Below are positions 36,274-44,193 of a stretch of 44,193 bases of DNA, piece after piece (the first letter of the stretch is position 1; the number at the start of each line of letters is the position of its first letter). The stretch comes from Natrialbaceae archaeon (GTDB lineage: Archaea > Halobacteriota > Halobacteria > Halobacteriales > Natrialbaceae), in assembly GCA_035269625.1 (NCBI GenBank), contig DATFIX010000311.1, positions 1-44,193 on the forward strand, in the 5' to 3' direction. The position numbers were made by a program, and so were the translations under genes. The notes under the pieces are model-generated. The model had not been told where the DNA came from, ran no database searches, and worked only from the letters and a program-made list of their open reading frames with translations.

Positions 36274-37480
36274 AATCGTCGATCCGGGGTCGTTCACCAC
36301 GGTTCAGGATCTCGGTCGCAACGGGTACCAGAAGTACGGCATCCCACCGTCCGGCGCCATCGACCCGCATTCGCTCCAGTTGGCGAACCTCCTGGTCGGC
36401 AACGAGACGGGCGAAGCGGGACTGGAAGCCACCATCTCGGGCCCGACGATCGAGTTCGCGGAAGCAACGTGGTTCGCCATCGCCGGAACGGAGTGGGTGC
36501 CTCGGCTGAACGACAGCGAAATCCCGCTCTGGCGGTCGGTTCGGGCAGAAGCGGGGGACACGCTATCGTTCGACGAGGCCGACGAAGGGGCACGAGCCTA
36601 CATCGCGTTCTCCGGTGGCGTCGACGTTCCCCCGGTCCTCGGTAGCAAATCGACGAACGTCAGGGCGGAGATCGGCGGCTTCGAAGGGCGACCACTCCAG
36701 CAGGGGGACGTCCTCGACATCGGAAGCGGGAACGACGTCACGGCCCAGGAGCTTCCGGAGCGATATCGGCCGGACCCCGACTTCGACGACGTCCGGGTGA
36801 TTCTCGGCCCCCAGGACGACCATTTCAGCGACGCCGGGATCGACACGTTCCTCGATTCGACGTTTACGGTCCAGTCCGACTCCGACCGGATGGGACTCCG
36901 GTTCGACGGTCCGTCGATAGAACATTCGACGGGTGCTGACATCATCTCGGAAGGAACGGCCGGCGGTGCCGTCCAGGTCCCCGAGAACGGGAAGCCAATC
37001 GTTCTCCTTTCGGACCGACAAACCACCGGCGGATACGCCAAAATCGCGACCGTGATCGACGCCGACCTGCCGAAACTCGCCCAGATGCGGCCGGCGGACG
37101 AAGCGTCGTTCAGCGAAGTTTCGCTGGACGCGGCGTACGAGGCACGGGAGCGGCAGCTAGAAACGATAGCGGAGGTCGAACGGCTCCTGCAGGACGAAGC
37201 ACTGATCGCCGAGGAACCCATCGAAACCACGGATGAAGGCCGGACGGAAGAATCGACCGGGGACGAACGGTGGGTAACCGCAACGATGCCCGGCGAGATA
37301 ATCGCGATTCACGTATCGGAAGGCGACGAGGTCGAGATGGGAGACGACCTGATCGTCTACGAGGCGATGAAGATGGAAAACGTCCTCACCGCCCCGGCCG
37401 ACGGCGTGGTTTCCAGAATCAACGTCGGTGAAGGGGACTCGGTGGACAACGGTGAAGAACTGTTGAGCGTGAAGCGATAG
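36263..37480 (+). CDS. pxpC: 5-oxoprolinase subunit C (KipA/allophanate hydrolase subunit 2 family) fused to a C-terminal biotinyl/lipoyl carrier domain
   Basis: The N-terminal roughly 320 aa: IVDPGSFTTVQDLGRNGYQKYGIPPSGAID...SDRMGLRFDG...GAVQVPENGKPIVLLSDRQTTGGYAKIATV. The C-terminal roughly 70 aa: ATMPGEIIAIHVSEGDEVEMGDDLIVYEAMKMENVLTAPADGVV, with the carrier Lys codon at 37370-37372. Confidence 0.85.
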   Translation: MSIEIVDPGSFTTVQDLGRNGYQKYGIPPSGAIDPHSLQLANLLVGNETGEAGLEATISGPTIEFAEATWFAIAGTEWVPRLNDSEIPLWRSVRAEAGDTLSFDEADEGARAYIAFSGGVDVPPVLGSKSTNVRAEIGGFEGRPLQQGDVLDIGSGNDVTAQELPERYRPDPDFDDVRVILGPQDDHFSDAGIDTFLDSTFTVQSDSDRMGLRFDGPSIEHSTGADIISEGTAGGAVQVPENGKPIVLLSDRQTTGGYAKIATVIDADLPKLAQMRPADEASFSEVSLDAAYEARERQLETIAEVERLLQDEALIAEEPIETTDEGRTEESTGDERWVTATMPGEIIAIHVSEGDEVEMGDDLIVYEAMKMENVLTAPADGVVSRINVGEGDSVDNGEELLSVKR

Positions 37481-37667
37481 TCCGCACATCCAAACGGTCG
37501 TGGAATACATCGCAAACGCCGATCCGTTCGATTACTCCGGGGCGATCGAGGTCATCGATTGTAGCGTCATCTCGATGAATCAATCACCGACTCGAAACAG
37601 CTCGTGAAACTCGATCCGACACAATCTTGCGTAGTGAGTGTGACAGCCTCCTCCGTTCGCGGGTGAG

Positions 37668-37769
37668 GATTCATACGTCTGATGCAGGAGTTACACGGGA
37701 TTCTTAACTATTCTTTTTGATGGTGAGGGGTAACATGGGACTGGTTGTGTATAAACAACTATGAATATT
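37668..37769 (+). repeat. Copy B of the 102-bp direct repeat, upstream of and overlapping the start of the NRAMP gene
   Basis: See copy A. The offset is exactly 3149 bp with no gaps. Confidence 0.8.
37735..37764 (+). CDS. Conserved 9-codon mini-ORF (MGLVVYKQL), candidate leaderless leader peptide
   Basis: Same position and frame as 34586-34615. Its stop overlaps the NRAMP ATG (ATGA at 37761-37764). Confidence 0.3.
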   Translation: MGLVVYKQL

Positions 37770-38969
37770 GTACAACGGCTCAAGGCCATCGGCCCTGGGG
37801 CGATGGTTGCAGCGGCCTTCATTGGTCCTGGGACGGTGACGACGGCAAGCGTGACGGGAGCGGAATTCGGATACGCGCTGTTGTGGACGATCGCGTTCTC
37901 GATCGTCGCGACGATGATTCTCCAGGAGATGAGTGCCAGGCTGGGACTCGTCTCCGGCGAGGGGCTGGGTGAAGCGCTTCGGGAACGGTTCGATACGCAA
38001 GTGGTGGAGTACCTGGCGATATTCCTCGTCGTCAGCGCAATCGGTATCGGGACCGCAGCCTACGAGGCCGGGAACATTCTGGGCGGCGCGGCAGGATTGG
38101 CGACGATTACCGGCGTCGACGCGCGAATCTGGGGCATCATCATGGGAGTCGTCGCGGGCGTGTTGCTCTTTACCGGGCAGTACAAGCTCATCGAGCGGGC
38201 ACTGGTGGGGCTCGTGGTGATCATGGCCCTCTCGTTCGTCGCCTCGGCGATCCTCATCGGTCCGGACGTCGGCGACATCGCCGTTGGATTCGTTCCCAGT
38301 GTCCCCGAGGGATCGGCCTATCTCATCACCGGCCTGATCGGGACCACGATCGTCGGATACAACCTGTTCCTGCACGCGAGTAACGTTCAGGAGCGGTGGG
38401 GTGGCCCCGAAGACCTCGAAGAATCACGGACGGACACGATCCTGTCGATCGCCGTGGGTGGTATCATCACGATGACGGTGCTGATCACCGCCGCGGCCGC
38501 CTTCCCGGTGGGGACGGAGATCAGCGACGTCGGAAAGATGGCCGAACAACTGAAGCCACTTGCCGGCCCGTACGCGAAGATGTTCTTCAGCATCGGCCTG
38601 TTCGCGGCCGGGTTCACGAGCGCGACCACCGCGCCACTGGCTGGCGCGTGGGCGACGACCGGCGCTCTTGGGTGGGACTCGGATCTCAAGAGCCCGAAGT
38701 TCCGTGCGGTCTGGGGCGTGATTCTCGTGGTGGGCATCCTGTCGGTGTTCCTGGGTGGCAGCCCGGTGCAAATCATCGTCTTCGCACAGGTCGTGAACGG
38801 CGTGCTCCTCCCGATCGTGGCGATCTTCCTGCTCTATGCGATGAACGAGAACGACCTGCTCGGGGAGTACACGAACGGGCCAGTTGCGAACACGCTCGGG
38901 GCAATCGTGACGATTATCGTCGTCTGGCTGGGGATCCGAACCCTCCTCAGCGTGGCAGGAATAATCTGA
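37761..38969 (+). CDS. NRAMP family transporter (YcsG-like, linked to pxp genes)
   Basis: LKAIGPGAMVAAAFIGPGTVTTAS...ILQEMSARLG, about 11 TM segments. The pxp-NRAMP linkage mirrors B. subtilis ycsF-ycsG. Confidence 0.85.
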   Translation: MNIVQRLKAIGPGAMVAAAFIGPGTVTTASVTGAEFGYALLWTIAFSIVATMILQEMSARLGLVSGEGLGEALRERFDTQVVEYLAIFLVVSAIGIGTAAYEAGNILGGAAGLATITGVDARIWGIIMGVVAGVLLFTGQYKLIERALVGLVVIMALSFVASAILIGPDVGDIAVGFVPSVPEGSAYLITGLIGTTIVGYNLFLHASNVQERWGGPEDLEESRTDTILSIAVGGIITMTVLITAAAAFPVGTEISDVGKMAEQLKPLAGPYAKMFFSIGLFAAGFTSATTAPLAGAWATTGALGWDSDLKSPKFRAVWGVILVVGILSVFLGGSPVQIIVFAQVVNGVLLPIVAIFLLYAMNENDLLGEYTNGPVANTLGAIVTIIVVWLGIRTLLSVAGII

Positions 38970-39199
38970 ATTCACAGGCGAATCGGATGGCGTGAGGTAG
39001 TGGAACTTCGTCTCCCTTTCTTCTGGCGCTGAATAGCAGTAGCGTGGCGGCCGCACAGGTGCACGCCCGAGAACGGGACCGACGTGGACGAGACGTTCGT
39101 CCGAACTCCGGTGGCGTCCTCGCACGCACCCGTGCGGTTGCCGGCCATTACCGGAGGAGGTAGACGGAAGAACACCGGAATAGCTCCGTAGGACGGCGC

Positions 39200-40450
39200 T
39201 CACTCCTCGTCGTCATCCGGTTCGTAATCGTCGAGGTCCTCGAACGGTGAGCCCGCAGCGTCCGGTTCGTGACCGGCGAGACTGACGATGTTCTCGCGGC
39301 CGACGCGGAGCTTCGAGACGGTCCCGGCGTCTTCCATGTCCGAAAGGAGCATGCTCACCTTCGATTTGGACCACTCGGTCTCGTCGACGATGTTGACCTG
39401 GCGCATCCGGCCGCCGTTCCCTTCGAGGAGTTTGACCACGCGTTCCTCGTCCGAGAGGATTGCCGATTCGGGAACGGCAGGCTCGGTGTCGCCGGAGTCC
39501 GTCGGTTCCTCCGTCGACGTGGGTTCGGTCGTCGTTCCGGACGTGCCGGTCGAATCGACGCCCGTGCGTCGGTAGGCGATCCCACCGACCAGGCCGATTA
39601 GGACGACCAGTGCCCCGATCAAGAGAGCGATCGACGGGAGCCCCCCGTCGCCACTGGGGGAGGCGGCTTCGGTCGACGTCCCCGATCCAGCCCCAGACGT
39701 CGGTCCCGTGGTTCCGTCCCCGTCGCCATTCGAATCGTCGGGAGCCGTGGTCGTGGCCGTTCCGGCAGTCGGAGTGCCACCGGTCGCCGAGTGGGCGACG
39801 AACACGATCCGGGGACGTTCGTCGGAGAACTCGCGCTCGCCGCGCCAGGTCACCGAATCGCTCTCGGCGAGGGTCGGGCTGGAGAGCGTGCCGTTCGGTG
39901 CGAGACTTTCGAAGACCAGGTCCGGCCCCGGTTGGACCACCAGCGACTGGTCGGGGCCGAGAAAGAGTCCGCCCTCGAAAACGTCACCGACGACGATCCG
40001 GGGGTTCTCGACCCGGGCGAACGCCGCCCACATGAACGACATCTCGACGACGCCCACGTCGTTGACGCCCCGATCGACGTAGGCCCGGCGGGAGAACCCC
40101 CCAGCGGTCATCTCCCGGGCGGTCTGGTTCCGCCCGATCCGCGCGAGGGCGACGGCCCGGTCCTCGAAGTCCCGGTACAACTGGGTTTCTTCGGATTCGA
40201 ACCGGTCGGCGTACTCCCGGAACGAGGTCACGGACTCGTTGTCGGGGAGGAATCGCATGTACCTGAAGGTCCACCGGGCGGAGCCGTTCCGATACACGCG
40301 AATCGAAAACCGGGTCCGGTCGAAGTCGTCGCTCGGCGCGACGATGGGGTTGGACGTCCGTTCCGGACCGTCCAGTGCCCGATCGGCAGGCATCGCACCC
40401 GCGACCAGCGACAGGGAGAGCAACGCGACCAGGGCGACGGCCCGACGCAT
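39200..40450 (-). CDS. Membrane-anchored winged-helix HTH protein with an extracytoplasmic N-terminal domain
   Basis: Signal peptide MRRAVALVALLSLSLVAGA, an outside domain of about 250 aa, a Thr/Gly/Ser-rich linker, and a TM helix (LPSIALLIGALVVLIGLVGGIAY). The cytoplasmic wHTH is LSDEERVVKLLEGNGGRMRQVNIVDETEWSKSKVSMLLSDMEDAGTVSKLRVGRENIVSL. The start is placed at 40450. Confidence 0.7.
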   Translation of the reverse strand: MRRAVALVALLSLSLVAGAMPADRALDGPERTSNPIVAPSDDFDRTRFSIRVYRNGSARWTFRYMRFLPDNESVTSFREYADRFESEETQLYRDFEDRAVALARIGRNQTAREMTAGGFSRRAYVDRGVNDVGVVEMSFMWAAFARVENPRIVVGDVFEGGLFLGPDQSLVVQPGPDLVFESLAPNGTLSSPTLAESDSVTWRGEREFSDERPRIVFVAHSATGGTPTAGTATTTAPDDSNGDGDGTTGPTSGAGSGTSTEAASPSGDGGLPSIALLIGALVVLIGLVGGIAYRRTGVDSTGTSGTTTEPTSTEEPTDSGDTEPAVPESAILSDEERVVKLLEGNGGRMRQVNIVDETEWSKSKVSMLLSDMEDAGTVSKLRVGRENIVSLAGHEPDAAGSPFEDLDDYEPDDDEE

Positions 40451-40545
40451 GTATTCGAACGTACCTCGCGACCCCGTAAAAGACCTTGCGACCGAAGGGT
40501 TGCACGCCGACGCTTCGGCGAGCGAAGGATCGACGCTCCACCCGA

Positions 40546-41700
40546 TCAGGCGACGACGTCCCCGTCGGCGACGACGGTTCGGACGTCCTGCCAGACGGAC
40601 GCGTCCGCGAGCGGGTCGTCGGGGAGGACGACCAGGTCCGCCCGGTAGCCCTCGGTGACGAGACCGACGTCGTCGATGCCCAGGAGGTCGGCCGCGTTGA
40701 CGGTCGCCGTCTCGAGGGCGTGTTCGGGCGAGAGGCCGTGATCGACCAGCAACTGGAGTTCCTGGGGGATGTCGCCGAAGAAGTTGAACGGCGTCCCGGC
40801 GTCGGTGCCCATCGCGATCGGAACGCCCTCCTCCAGGGCGTAGTCGAAGACGTTCTCGAACGACTCGGCCGCTTCCTCGGCCTTCTCGACGGCCCACTCC
40901 GGAATGCCGGCCTCGGTGCCCTGTTCGACGATGCCGTGTAACGCCGCGGCGGTCGGCACCCAGTAGGTACCGCGATCGGCCATCATCTCGGCCGCTTCGC
41001 GGTCCATGAACGTGCCGTGTTCGATGCTGGTGATGCCGGCCCGGACGGCGTTCTTGATCCCCTCGGTGCCGTGGGCGTGGGCCGCCGTCGGCCGGCCCTT
41101 GGCCGCGGCGGCGTCGACGAGCGCGGCCATTTCTCGCTCGGTCAGTTCCGGTGCGCCGGTCAGTGCGCCCTCTGTCAGGACGCCACCCGTCGCCATGGTC
41201 TTGACCGCGTCCGCGCCGCGCTTGAGTTGTTCCCGCGCGGCCTTTCGCACCTCGTCCGGGCCGTCGGCCTCGCGCCCCATCCAGTGCCCGTGGCCGCCGG
41301 TCATGACGACGGTCTGGCCACACGCCTGCACGCGGGGTCCCCGGATCTGTCCGGCCTCGACGGCCTCCCTGGCGTCGATAGCGAGCGATTCGAGCGATCC
41401 CAGGTCACGGAGCGTCGTGACGCCGGCTTCGAGGGCTTTCTCGAGGTTCGACGCCGTCTGGTACGCCGCGGCGTACTTCGTCATGTCCCGGTTCGATTCG
41501 GGGTCCGGCCCGCCATCCATCATCACGTGGACGTGCGTGTCGATCAGCCCCGGTGCGACGTACTGTCCGGCAACGTCGACGACCTGGTCCGCGTCCGACG
41601 GTGCTTCGCCTACGCGTTCGATACGGCCGTCCTCGACGACGACGTCTGCGTCTCTCCGTCCGTCGGCGTCGACGACGGTCCCGCCACTGAGTACGAGCAT
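40546..41700 (-). CDS. Amidohydrolase family protein (metal-dependent hydrolase)
   Basis: VAPGLIDTHVHV (the HxH motif), plus HAHG and SIEHG motifs and a C-terminal G(T)DAG motif. Confidence 0.85.
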   Translation of the reverse strand: MLVLSGGTVVDADGRRDADVVVEDGRIERVGEAPSDADQVVDVAGQYVAPGLIDTHVHVMMDGGPDPESNRDMTKYAAAYQTASNLEKALEAGVTTLRDLGSLESLAIDAREAVEAGQIRGPRVQACGQTVVMTGGHGHWMGREADGPDEVRKAAREQLKRGADAVKTMATGGVLTEGALTGAPELTEREMAALVDAAAAKGRPTAAHAHGTEGIKNAVRAGITSIEHGTFMDREAAEMMADRGTYWVPTAAALHGIVEQGTEAGIPEWAVEKAEEAAESFENVFDYALEEGVPIAMGTDAGTPFNFFGDIPQELQLLVDHGLSPEHALETATVNAADLLGIDDVGLVTEGYRADLVVLPDDPLADASVWQDVRTVVADGDVVA

Positions 41701-41796
41701 ACCCCGACAGAGAGGATCCGCGGGCGTAAAGCCACGCTTTGCGGAAGTCTAGCGAAACCCACGCTCGACCCCACCGATCACGGTCGACCCTGGCCG

Positions 41797-41976
41797 TCAC
41801 ACCGTTTCGACGGCGGCCTCCGGCGCGTTGTCCTTCACGCTCTCGATTCCCTGTCTGGCCTTTTGCTTGCTGGCGTACCCCTCCCCGCTATCGGCGAGGA
41901 TGTTCCCATTGTCGTGACGGAGTCGCCAGCGATACTTCCCTTCCCGGTCGCGGTACAGTTCGAACGTCGCCCCCAT
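41797..41976 (-). CDS. YegP/DUF1508 (UPF0339) family small protein
   Basis: 59-aa ORF MGATFELYRDREGKYRWRLRHDNGNILADSGEGYASKQKARQGIESVKDNAPEAAVETV matches the DUF1508 repeat pattern (FE.Y.D..G.yRfRLka.NGeiia.Seg.Y.sk..a..gIesVk.na). Absent from the ORF track because it is under 60 aa. Confidence 0.65.
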   Translation of the reverse strand: MGATFELYRDREGKYRWRLRHDNGNILADSGEGYASKQKARQGIESVKDNAPEAAVETV

Positions 41977-42026
41977 GCGTCACCAGTTGGCACGCCACCC
42001 GCAAAGCGGTTGCTCCGGACGCGCAC

Positions 42027-42518
42027 TCACTGTCCGGACCGTCGCTCGTACTCCACGAACGCGAGGTCGTCGGTTTCATCGCGGTCCGTTTCGCGCCACG
42101 CCTCCCAGTCGACGGTCGGGAAGTAGGTATCGCCCTCGTATTCGGCGTGGATCTCGGTGATCGCGAGGCGGTCGGCGCGGGAGACGAACTGTTCGTACAC
42201 GGACGCCCCACCGATCACGTAGGCCGTTTCGGCCCCGGTTTCGGCCGCCGCTTCGATCGCCGCCTCGATCGACGTCGCGGGAACGACGCCGTCAGGAAGG
42301 AGGGACGGAGTACTCGTTAGCACGACGTTCGTCCGGCCGGGCAGTGGTTCGCCCAGTCTGTCGCGGATGCTCTCGAAGGTGCGCCGGCCCATGATGACGG
42401 GATTTCCCATCGTGATCTCCTTGAACCGGCGGAGGTCTTCCGGGTAGTGCCAGGGCATCTCGCCGCCGTTCCCGATGACGCCGTTCTCGGCGACGGCGGC
42501 GACGATCACGATCTCCAT
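42027..42518 (-). CDS. folA: Dihydrofolate reductase
   Basis: MEIVIVAAVAENGVIGNGGEMPWHYPEDLRRFKEITMGNPVIMGRRTFESI...YVIGGASVYEQF. An alternative ATG at 42548 lies 2 nt after the thyA stop. Confidence 0.85.
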   Translation of the reverse strand: MEIVIVAAVAENGVIGNGGEMPWHYPEDLRRFKEITMGNPVIMGRRTFESIRDRLGEPLPGRTNVVLTSTPSLLPDGVVPATSIEAAIEAAAETGAETAYVIGGASVYEQFVSRADRLAITEIHAEYEGDTYFPTVDWEAWRETDRDETDDLAFVEYERRSGQ

Positions 42519-42550
42519 CGCGGATTCGGGTCCCGGTTCCGCTCCCATCG

Positions 42551-43555
42551 TCACTCGGCCACCTCGAAGGAGATCCCGGGGGCCGGGTCGTAGTCGGAGA
42601 GTTCGACGTCCCCGAAGGCGAGTTCGTCGATCGGTTTGTCGGCCACCCGTATCGACGGTCGCTCGCGCGGTTCGCGGGTCAACTGGGTGAGGAGGCCGGG
42701 GACGTGGTCGTAGCCCTCCTCGCCGTCGGCCTCGGGCGGCGCGGTCTCCTCCAGCCACTCGCGAACGTCGCGATAGCCCTCGCGGGAGTTCACGGCGGCA
42801 AGTCGGTCCTGGAGTTCCCCGAGGTTGTCGGCGTACCACTCACCGCGCTCGCCCTTTCCGGCGTAGACGTGCGCGTCGACGACGGTGTGAGCGAACGAAC
42901 CGAGTTCGAACCCCGTGCGCTGGGCCAGGACCTCGGCGAGCAGGGAGTACGCGGCGATGTTGAACGGGATGCCGAGGGCGACGTCGCCCGATCGCTGGGT
43001 GAGGTGGACGTTCAGGCGGTCGCCCTGGACGTTCACGACGAACGTGTAGTGACAGGGCGGCAGTTCCGACACGGCGGCGTTGGCGGGATGCCACGCCGAG
43101 ACGACGTACCGGCGGGAGTTGGGGTTCTCCCGGAGGCCGTCGAGGACGTACCCGATCTGGTCGAAGGTGCCCTCGTCGTTCGTCCACCGATGGGCGTCGT
43201 CGGGCCACGTTTCCCCAGGGAGTTGCGCGTCCCCCTCCGGAATCGGGTATCGCCGCCAGAACCGGCCGTAAGCCGTGTCGAGGTGCCCCTCGTCGTCGGC
43301 CCAGGCGTCCCAGATGCTCGTCTCTTCCTGGAGGTTCCGGATGTGCTCCTCGCCCGAGAGATACCAGAGGAACTCGTGGATCAGGGAGTTCCAGCGGAAC
43401 CCGGAGAGGTCCTTCGTGGTCAGGAGGGGATACCCTTCCGAGAGGTCCACCTGGTAGTGCTGGCTGAACGATGCGATCGAGTCGGCATCGGTCCGGTTCG
43501 GCTTGTACGTCCCCTCTTCGAGGACCCGGCCGACGAGGTCGAGGTACTGTTGCAT
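42551..43555 (-). CDS. thyA: Thymidylate synthase (ThyA type)
   Basis: MQQYLDLVGRVLEEGTYKPNRT...PLLTTKD...IHEFLWYLSG...WHPANAAVSELPPCHYTFVVNV...LTQRSGDVALGIPFNIAAYSLL. Confidence 0.9.
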   Translation of the reverse strand: MQQYLDLVGRVLEEGTYKPNRTDADSIASFSQHYQVDLSEGYPLLTTKDLSGFRWNSLIHEFLWYLSGEEHIRNLQEETSIWDAWADDEGHLDTAYGRFWRRYPIPEGDAQLPGETWPDDAHRWTNDEGTFDQIGYVLDGLRENPNSRRYVVSAWHPANAAVSELPPCHYTFVVNVQGDRLNVHLTQRSGDVALGIPFNIAAYSLLAEVLAQRTGFELGSFAHTVVDAHVYAGKGERGEWYADNLGELQDRLAAVNSREGYRDVREWLEETAPPEADGEEGYDHVPGLLTQLTREPRERPSIRVADKPIDELAFGDVELSDYDPAPGISFEVAE

Positions 43556-43681
43556 GGGTCGATCACGTCGGCCGCCGGCCCCGGGGCCGTCCCGGCCGAC
43601 CTGTTATCGAACCACGTTGGAACCGAGGGACAAAACTGTATGGGGAGCGCACCCGTGACCGGTCGTCGTGGTTGCGGTTGC

Positions 43682-44193
43682 TCAGAGCGGGTCCAGTTTG
43701 TCGTCGGGGTCGGTCACGAGGTTCCTGATCGACTCGTCCCGTGCTTCGGCCTGCTCCTCGATGTTGTCCTGCGCCGACACCGCCTGTTCCTGGAGACGAT
43801 CGATTCGTGGCACGTCGGTTACGTTCGAGAGCAATATCGTCGCCGAAAGCACGTCCATTCCACGCTGGGGGTCGTCGCCAGCGAGAACCTCCGCGCTGCC
43901 GATCTCGTTTTCGAGCCACTGTCGGGACCGTTCGATCCCCTTCCGGGAGAACTCATCGGGCGGCCCCGACACGACGATCAGTCCCCGTTCGGCCGACTCG
44001 ATCGAGGCGGGGCAGGTCAGTCGCGACCGGACGGCCTGCCGAACAACGCCGTAGACCTTCGTGGCCGCGTCGGCCCCGTCCTTGTCCTCGCCGACGCTCG
44101 ACGGCCGGAAGCGACCGAGAAGGCCCTGTCCGTTTCTGGTGGTCGCCTCCACGGTGGCCTCGGCGTACGCGACGGTGCTGATCCCGCCCGTTC
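43682..44193 (-). CDS. Tubulin/FtsZ superfamily protein (CetZ-like), C-terminal part; 5' end lies off the window
   Basis: The frame is open to the window edge (..GGISTVAYAEATVEATTRNGQGLLGRFR...LIVVSGPPDEFSRKGIERSRQWLENEIGSAEVLAGDDP...ATILLSNV), resembling the C-terminal domain of haloarchaeal CetZ proteins. Confidence 0.6.
   Translation of the reverse strand, partial: TGGISTVAYAEATVEATTRNGQGLLGRFRPSSVGEDKDGADAATKVYGVVRQAVRSRLTCPASIESAERGLIVVSGPPDEFSRKGIERSRQWLENEIGSAEVLAGDDPQRGMDVLSATILLSNVTDVPRIDRLQEQAVSAQDNIEEQAEARDESIRNLVTDPDDKLDPL

Noticed and set aside
38970-39199. 230-bp convergent intergenic region after the NRAMP gene, checked for an RNA gene or terminator.
   Set aside because: It contains only weak 5-6-bp stems and no T-tract, tRNA-like or known ncRNA signature.
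39200-41323. 707-aa version of the minus-strand ORF extending upstream of Met at 40450.
   Set aside because: The upstream part is Arg/Gly-rich nonsense overlapping the amidohydrolase gene in another frame. A signal peptide begins exactly at MRRAVALVALL (40450).
42519-42548. Longer folA start (MGAEPGPESAMEIV...) 2 nt after the thyA stop.
   Set aside because: Haloarchaeal DHFRs, as far as I recall, begin at the ME(I/L)V...AA motif, so the ATG at 42518 is preferred. The longer form cannot be excluded without N-terminal data.
1-44193. Scan for CRISPR arrays, IS elements or transposases, integrases, toxin-antitoxin pairs and known defence-system genes.
   Set aside because: No regularly spaced repeats, terminal inverted repeats with a transposase ORF, or recognisable defence, nuclease or ATPase signature proteins were seen. 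The only mobile-element signatures are the intein and the tRNA-Glu att-like scar.

Overview
High-GC sequence with an acidic proteome, Tat lipoproteins, a proteasome beta subunit, a CetZ-like tubulin and SD-like GGAGGTGA motifs, so this is most likely a chromosomal segment of a haloarchaeon (class Halobacteria). Most of it is ordinary housekeeping and metabolic genes. Left to right: the end of a PrkA-type yeaH/spoVR module, YjbQ, an SDR, an NSS transporter with a small MetS-like partner ORF, a biotin-dependent acyl-CoA carboxylase cluster (BC-BCCP, CT, small PccX-like protein), psmB, purM, a Na+/H+ antiporter, a TraB/M50 protease pair, an acyl-CoA thioesterase, an S66 peptidase, a PfkB kinase, a CaCA exchanger, a D-TA family PLP enzyme, thiM-thiE, tRNA-Glu(CUC), pxpABC, an NRAMP transporter, a membrane-anchored HTH protein, an amidohydrolase, folA-thyA and a partial CetZ-like gene. 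No CRISPR array, IS element, integrase or recognisable defence system was seen. Four things deserve a second look. (1) A 395-aa LAGLIDADG intein with an extra HTH module splits the conserved MNEGWA/SYWE motif of SpoVR, an unusual intein host. (2) A 102-bp ungapped direct repeat (offset exactly 3149 bp, 80/102 identical) sits in front of both pxpA and the NRAMP gene. It carries a TATA-like box and a conserved 9-codon mini-ORF that may be leaderless, whose stop overlaps the next ATG (ATGA). (3) PxpC is fused to a biotinyl-carrier domain (EAMKM). (4) A 33-nt duplicate of the tRNA-Glu 3' end and flank lies 114 bp away, at the edge of a lower-GC block, and looks like an integration scar. Several conserved-looking ORFs under 60 aa are missing from the ORF track (MetS-like, DUF1508/YegP-like, one small membrane protein). 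All functional calls come from motif recognition by eye; no database search was possible.
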